Positions 59,888-64,000 of a DNA stretch of 64,000 nucleotides are shown one piece after another (position 1 is the stretch's first letter; each line of letters begins with the position of its first letter). The notes beneath the pieces were generated by a model that was not told the DNA's origin, did no database searches, and saw only the letters and a list, made by a program, of their open reading frames with translations. The stretch covers positions 1 to 64,000 of the forward strand of contig JBEKOM010000003.1 in NCBI GenBank assembly GCA_049521795.1, in the 5' to 3' direction. Origin of the DNA: Candidatus Bathyarchaeia archaeon. Its GTDB lineage: Archaea > Thermoproteota > Bathyarchaeia > Bathyarchaeales > Bathycorpusculaceae. Made by a program: the position numbers and the translations under genes.

Positions 59888-60637
59888 CTACAGAGCCCCA
59901 GAAATCTTTGGTTGTCTCTTTTCATAGACTATGACTGCTAGTAGTGTTGCTATCATAAAGAACGGCAGAATAAGGAAAGTTGGGAATTCTGGCACAACAT
60001 TACTCCAATGAATTGTCAGTTTGGGAGAATAATCTGTAAGATTAATTGGAGCTTCTTTAGATTCGAACGAAACCAAAGAATTCTGAATAGATGGTTCCCG
60101 TAAAACTACTGTTACTGCTTCAGCATTGCTGTTCAAAGCATTCTTGACAGCATCAACTGTGCTCCAATTATACCATTGATTATTGACCGTAACCAATACT
60201 GAGTCCATTGACGTTGTGTTGTAACTGGGCATATTGGAATATGTCAATGAAGACTCAGTCCACGAATAATTAGTGCAAAAATGAGCATGAACATCGTTTG
60301 TTCCATAAACGTTAGATGGATACAACTGAAGTGTAGCCACGTCAATCACAGCCCCTTTAGGAACAGAAGACAACTCGAATTTCAGCCATACTACCTCTTC
60401 AACTTCAGAAAATTGACCTCCATAGTAATGATACTCATTTAATGTTTCAAGTATGGTTTCTCCACCAAAGGTCAATGTTTGAAAACTTGAATCAACGAAT
60501 GTATCATCTGATGGCTTGAGTGTTACCTGTCCAGCCTGAGCATTAACTGTCTCGATACTTAGAGAAAAAACCAAGACTAGACTTAAAACTAGGGCAATGA
60601 CAATTTCTCTGAAAATATCGATTCTCTTTTCACTCAT
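59888..60637 (-). CDS. DNRLRE/CBM96-like domain surface protein with PEF-CTERM signal
   Basis: Signal peptide, DDTFVD...WLKF.LS..P...I..ATLQLY...WTESSLTY...FESKE...PKLTI, then VVPEFP + TM + basic tail. Confidence 0.82.
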   Translation of the reverse strand: MSEKRIDIFREIVIALVLSLVLVFSLSIETVNAQAGQVTLKPSDDTFVDSSFQTLTFGGETILETLNEYHYYGGQFSEVEEVVWLKFELSSVPKGAVIDVATLQLYPSNVYGTNDVHAHFCTNYSWTESSLTYSNMPSYNTTSMDSVLVTVNNQWYNWSTVDAVKNALNSNAEAVTVVLREPSIQNSLVSFESKEAPINLTDYSPKLTIHWSNVVPEFPTFLILPFFMIATLLAVIVYEKRQPKISGAL

Positions 60638-60873
60638 TCTTGAACCTCTAGTTCGTCTTCTGTTGTCGTGTAGCCTTAAGATTTCTGTCTTTTGGTGTCT
60701 GGCTAGGGAATAATATTGCATTTTGTCTAATGCCTTTTCCCTTGTTTATCGAAAACTCATCTTTCTCAAGAGTGTCCTGGACACCTCTGCCAATGTAAAG
60801 AAGATTGACCCAATTGACCCAAAGAACATTGACCTAAAACTCTTAAATAACAGCTCCTCAAGTGAAAATACGA

Positions 60874-60951
60874 GGGCCGGTAGTCTAGCTCGGTTAGGAC
60901 ATCTGCTTGACGTGCAGAAGGTCGCCGGTTCGAGTCCGGTCCGGCCCACCA
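60874..60951 (+). tRNA. tRNA-Val(GAC), intronless, CCA encoded
   Basis: GGGCCGG acceptor, TCTGC-TTGACGT-GCAGA anticodon arm, TTCGAGT T-loop. TTAAATA box about 30 bp upstream. Confidence 0.95.
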
Positions 60952-61199
60952 AGAACCTTTTCTATCGAAGGAAGCTTCTAACGGGCATTTTGCATGAATT
61001 CGAACATCGTGTGCTAAGGGCAGAATTCGCGTTAAGTTCAAATATTAGCTTTCAGGTTGAATGACTGTATTCCTATCGAACGGTTGAGGGCGGCAAATAG
61101 TGATCAAGAATGGTTTGAGGGTTGATTCTTGCATTCGATTGTTTTGTTGTTTCTTGGTATTTGCCATCAAGGAGTTCCTTGCCCGCTAGGTGTTTGAAA

Positions 61200-61460
61200 A
61201 TGGCTGAAGAACGCTCGCAGGAGAGTGGAAGAACCCGAATCCGGCTTGGCTATTTGGGAACGTTGATGGTGCTTCTCATAACCGCGATGGCTGGAACTGG
61301 GTTTATGATTGGTCTGCTGCTTCTGGTGTGGGAATTGATCGGAGGCATTTTGTCTGGATTTCTATTGTTCGTCACAGGGTTCTCAGGTCTAGTGACCCTA
61401 ATAGGAATCGTCATTCTAGGACTCTCAAGAGAGCAAGTTTCCGTAGACGAATCAAACTAA
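61200..61460 (+). CDS. Small hypothetical membrane protein
   Basis: Two long hydrophobic segments. ATG at 61200. Confidence 0.55.
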   Translation: MAEERSQESGRTRIRLGYLGTLMVLLITAMAGTGFMIGLLLLVWELIGGILSGFLLFVTGFSGLVTLIGIVILGLSREQVSVDESN

Positions 61461-61578
61461 TCCTCAACGCTGACTCTGGCCAGTTTAATGTGTGTTCAAG
61501 CCTTTCTGCCAAAAAGACCTGAAGGTTGCAAGCTTAATTAACGACTTTTGCATGTCAGAATCTTGAGGGTTTGAGACT

Positions 61579-62475
61579 ATGCCTAGACTTGTGTTGGATG
61601 GGATTTTTGTGCCTCACGTGACACCTTTCAAGCGTGGAGGTCAACTCGACATCAATGCACTGAGGGAATGTGTCAGGTTTTGGATGAAAAGCGGGGTTTC
61701 AGGGTTAGTCCCTTGTGGAAGCAACGGCGAAGCTCCTTACCTTTCTAGGCAAGAAAGAAAGAAGGTCATTGAAACCGTTCTGGATGAGGTCAACGGAAAG
61801 GTTCCGGTGGTCGCGGGAACAGGTAGCATGAGCACGCAGGAAACTGTCGCGTTTACAAAGGATGCGGCTGAGTTGGGCGTGGATGCTGCTCTAATAGTGA
61901 CACCCTTCTATTTCAGACTCACAAGCAGAGAAATCTATGAACACTACAGGACAGTGTGCCAAGCCGTGGACCTTCCGATCGTTGTCTACAACGTTCCAAA
62001 GTTCACAGGCTTCTCTCTGGAACCATCTTCCATTGAGAGACTGGCGTCTGAAAATCAGAGCATAATAGGGTTGAAGGAAAGCAGCGGGAGCTTCGGTACG
62101 ATAAGCGAGGTCATAAGATTGCTTGGCAACAGGCTTTCAGTCCTGGCTGGCACAGCAGACGTTGCGCTTCCAACACTTCAAGCTGGAGGCAGAGGCGCGG
62201 TGATAGCGGTTGCGAACGTGTTCCCAACATTGTGCAGTCGTTTGTACAGGGCTTATAAAAAAGGCCAATACGAAGAGGCAAGTAGACTGCAAAACCGAAT
62301 ATCGTTTGCAAACGAGGTGCTCGTCAAAAGGTTCAATCAACTCTCAGCCATCAAAGAAGGGATGAGACTGGAAGGACTGCCAGGGGGTTACCCTCGCAAA
62401 CCAGCGTTGCCACTGGATGAAAAAGAAAGAAAAACCCTTGAAGACCTGCTGAAGAAAATAGAGGAACCTGTCTAG
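61579..62475 (+). CDS. DapA/NanA-family class I aldolase (DHDPS or HOGA-like)
   Basis: VTPF, GSNGE, VYNVP, GLKESSG (Schiff-base Lys). Confidence 0.9.
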   Translation: MPRLVLDGIFVPHVTPFKRGGQLDINALRECVRFWMKSGVSGLVPCGSNGEAPYLSRQERKKVIETVLDEVNGKVPVVAGTGSMSTQETVAFTKDAAELGVDAALIVTPFYFRLTSREIYEHYRTVCQAVDLPIVVYNVPKFTGFSLEPSSIERLASENQSIIGLKESSGSFGTISEVIRLLGNRLSVLAGTADVALPTLQAGGRGAVIAVANVFPTLCSRLYRAYKKGQYEEASRLQNRISFANEVLVKRFNQLSAIKEGMRLEGLPGGYPRKPALPLDEKERKTLEDLLKKIEEPV

Positions 62476-62548
62476 GCGACGACGTTCACCAAAACAGATA
62501 AGAACTCGTGCATGAACCAACACTGCATCAAACAGGAAGTGAACAGCG

Positions 62549-62743
62549 GTGCCTGCTGAAATCGTTGATGCCGACCGATTCGTCACTATAAGCGAGCGTG
62601 CAGACTACTGTGCCGTCAAGAGACTGAAAGAGGTTGTGAAGCTGAAGCTTCGCACGCCGAGCAGACTTTACACGTTGAAAGTTGAGCCGCTGAAAGCTGA
62701 AGAAATAATCAAGAAGCTCCAATGCGAAATCCGCGAGGTATAG
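62549..62743 (+). CDS. rpl38e: 50S ribosomal protein L38e (eL38)
   Basis: MPxEI...F...VKLKLRT.SRLYTLKV..KAEEI matches the eL38 pattern (VKFKVRCSRYLYTL). Confidence 0.8.
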   Translation: MPAEIVDADRFVTISERADYCAVKRLKEVVKLKLRTPSRLYTLKVEPLKAEEIIKKLQCEIREV

Positions 62744-63122
62744 GGACATTTTGAAGAAATTCTCATACGTTTTCTAACCCATTTCCCATGATAGACTAAT
62801 CCATCTGTGCTGTCCACCCAATCAAATTCGACTTTGGCCAGTTTCTTCAGTTCACTCCTCGACTGTGCAGCTCTGTCACAGAAAGTGACGCGCAAATCAG
62901 TACGTAGAGATAGGCTCTATGCACGCGTTGAATAGTGGATTAATCTATTTCGCTATATTAGAACCAACGTTTTCTTTTGGGTTTGGGATAAAACTTTACC
63001 CTTTTTCTTCTTCTCTCTCTACCCTCTCTCCTACTAACCCTCTCTCTACAAACACACGCACACACAAACACACACAGACAGAAACAGGGAGAAGGCACAC
63101 AGAGATAGGAAACTGCCGCGCG

Positions 63123-63296
63123 TTATTTCTTTGATTTTCTGGCTAGTTCGAATTCGCGGTCTTTCTTCAAATAGGCGATGCAGTACTCAATGGCATGGCT
63201 CATTGAGGCGAATGTTCTCTCGTCAGAATCAACTTGACGCTTCAACCAGTCGTAAAGTTCCTGATCTATGCTGATCGCAATCTTCTTTTTCGGCAT
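63123..63296 (-). CDS. Ribbon-helix-helix DNA-binding protein (57 aa; below ORF-track cutoff)
   Basis: MPKKKIAISIDQELYDWLKRQVDSDERTFASMSHAIEYCIAYLKK..., a classic RHH pattern. Confidence 0.75.
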   Translation of the reverse strand: MPKKKIAISIDQELYDWLKRQVDSDERTFASMSHAIEYCIAYLKKDREFELARKSKK

Positions 63297-63382
63297 CTAA
63301 CGGTCATTCCGCAATATCCTAGCTATGCTCACTTAAATGTTTATACTACTCAATCAGACTGTTTAGTCGAAAGAATTAAATA

Positions 63383-63402
63383 GTATGACTAGGTATGACT
63401 AG
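63383..63402. promoter_or_regulatory. Tandem GTATGACTAG x2, candidate RHH operator
   Basis: Exact 10-bp tandem repeat beside a TTAAATA box, in the region upstream of the RHH gene. Confidence 0.35.
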
Positions 63403-63829
63403 TATTGTCGCCTGTGAGTGCGCAAATCAGTATCCGCTGCAGCTCTCCCCTGAGCACAAAGACTCATCTTGTGGGCTCACAGACGATTCATACTAATCAG
63501 GTGAAAAGCATGCAAAAGGTGAAGACTGTCCCGAAGAAATGTCGCGACTGCAAGATCAGCAGCAGCCAATATTGTATCACCATGTGCCCAGAAAACAGGT
63601 GGGTACACCACATATAAACGGCGCGCCGTACTCAAATGGAGCCACACGTACCTTACAACGTCACAATGGTATCGTAGCGCGCGCTAATAGACTTCCGTTT
63701 TTTTTGTTTTTGTTTGAGTGCGTCAGTTAGAAAATGAGAGAGAGAAAGGCTAAACTTTACCCCCAAACGCAAACTTCTGCGGGCGTTTACCGAAACCCAA
63801 GATTGGGATAGTAGATTGAGAAGGGCAGA

Positions 63830-64000
63830 TCATTCTATGCTTTTTTCGTAAGCTACGTCTGTCCTAGCGACTTTGAAGCCAACCTTCTCGTATAGCCGCA
63901 TAGCTTTCGTCACGTTCCAGTCATCCACTGCCAACATCGCAACGGTCATGCCCTTAGCCTTCAACAGGTTCATGCCATGCAGCATCAGCTTGGTTCCGAT
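63830..64000 (-). CDS. GNAT acetyltransferase (5'-partial, enters from right edge)
   Basis: Manual translation ...IGTKLMLHGMNLLKAKGMTVAMLAVDDWNVTKAMRLYEKVGFKVARTDVAYEKSIE*. Confidence 0.8.
   Translation of the reverse strand: MGTKLMLHGMNLLKAKGMTVAMLAVDDWNVTKAMRLYEKVGFKVARTDVAYEKSIE

Larger units (their letters stand above)
2313..63684. repeat. Dispersed palindrome GCGCGCGC (consensus TAGCGCGCGCTA), 12 or more copies outside credible genes
   Basis: Octamer starts seen at 2313, 2386, 18358, 21200, 26684, 44925, 45077, 46615, 46842, 50164, 56912 and 63677. CGCGCGCG at 4030 and 37844. Confidence 0.85.
62987..63762. mobile_element. Putative non-autonomous mobile cassette 2 (same architecture as cassette 1)
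   Basis: Cores GATAAAACTTTACCC (62987-63001) and GGCTAAACTTTACCC (63748-63762) share AAACTTTACCC. Inward CT-rich/CA-rich arms are inverted. Outer flanks TTTGGGTTTGG / CCAAACGCAAA. Confidence 0.55.

Noticed and set aside
46600-60700. Classical integron cassette array
   Set aside because: The small-gene content is cassette-like, but genes are in mixed orientation, there is no IntI, and I could not find repeated RYYYAAC...GTTRRRY attC hairpins.
50800-61100. tRNA-targeted integrated element (att duplication of a tRNA 3' end)
   Set aside because: No second copy of the 3' end of tRNA-Ile, -Ser or -Val was noticed in the window, and no integrase is present.
1-64000. CRISPR array or cas genes
   Set aside because: No regularly spaced 24-47-bp repeats with unique spacers and no Cas-like ORFs were seen.

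Overview
This is an archaeal chromosomal window. Bathyarchaeia is inferred from an EF-2 paralog without the diphthamide His, eL38, PEF-CTERM NosD proteins, a cohesin-dockerin protein and BHB-type tRNA introns. Layout: (1) 1-8 kb, an HK97-type tailed-virus head module (putative TerS, TerL, portal, and a prohead protease running off the left edge), interrupted by host-type surface genes, with no integrase at its right border. (2) 8-27.4 kb, a surface-glycan locus: flippase, exosortase/EpsI-like fusion, 4 GT4, 2 GT2, 3 methyltransferases and a kinase. (3) 27.4-46.6 kb, a surface-structure locus: a 2834-aa repeat adhesin, PEF-like sorted proteins, 3 type IV pilins with ATPase and platform, and a cohesin-dockerin protein. 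(4) 46.6-64 kb, a mosaic of small accessory genes (4 DUF4760-like paralogs, 2 Lrp-like regulators, GNATs, 2 truncated methyltransferases) and housekeeping genes (OGG1-like, aEF-2 paralog, mgsA, DapA family, rpl38e, 3 tRNAs). The strongest unexplained signal is two small gene cassettes (47.5-49.7 kb and 63.0-63.8 kb). Each is bounded by a pair-specific direct-repeat core (..TAAA(A)C[C/T]TTACCC) with inward-facing inverted low-complexity arms and symmetric outer flanks, which looks like an undescribed non-autonomous site-specific mobile cassette family. A second signal is a highly iterated, essentially intergenic palindrome, (TA)GCGCGCGC(TA), which also sits at a gene-truncation junction. All family assignments come from motif recognition by eye; no searches were run.
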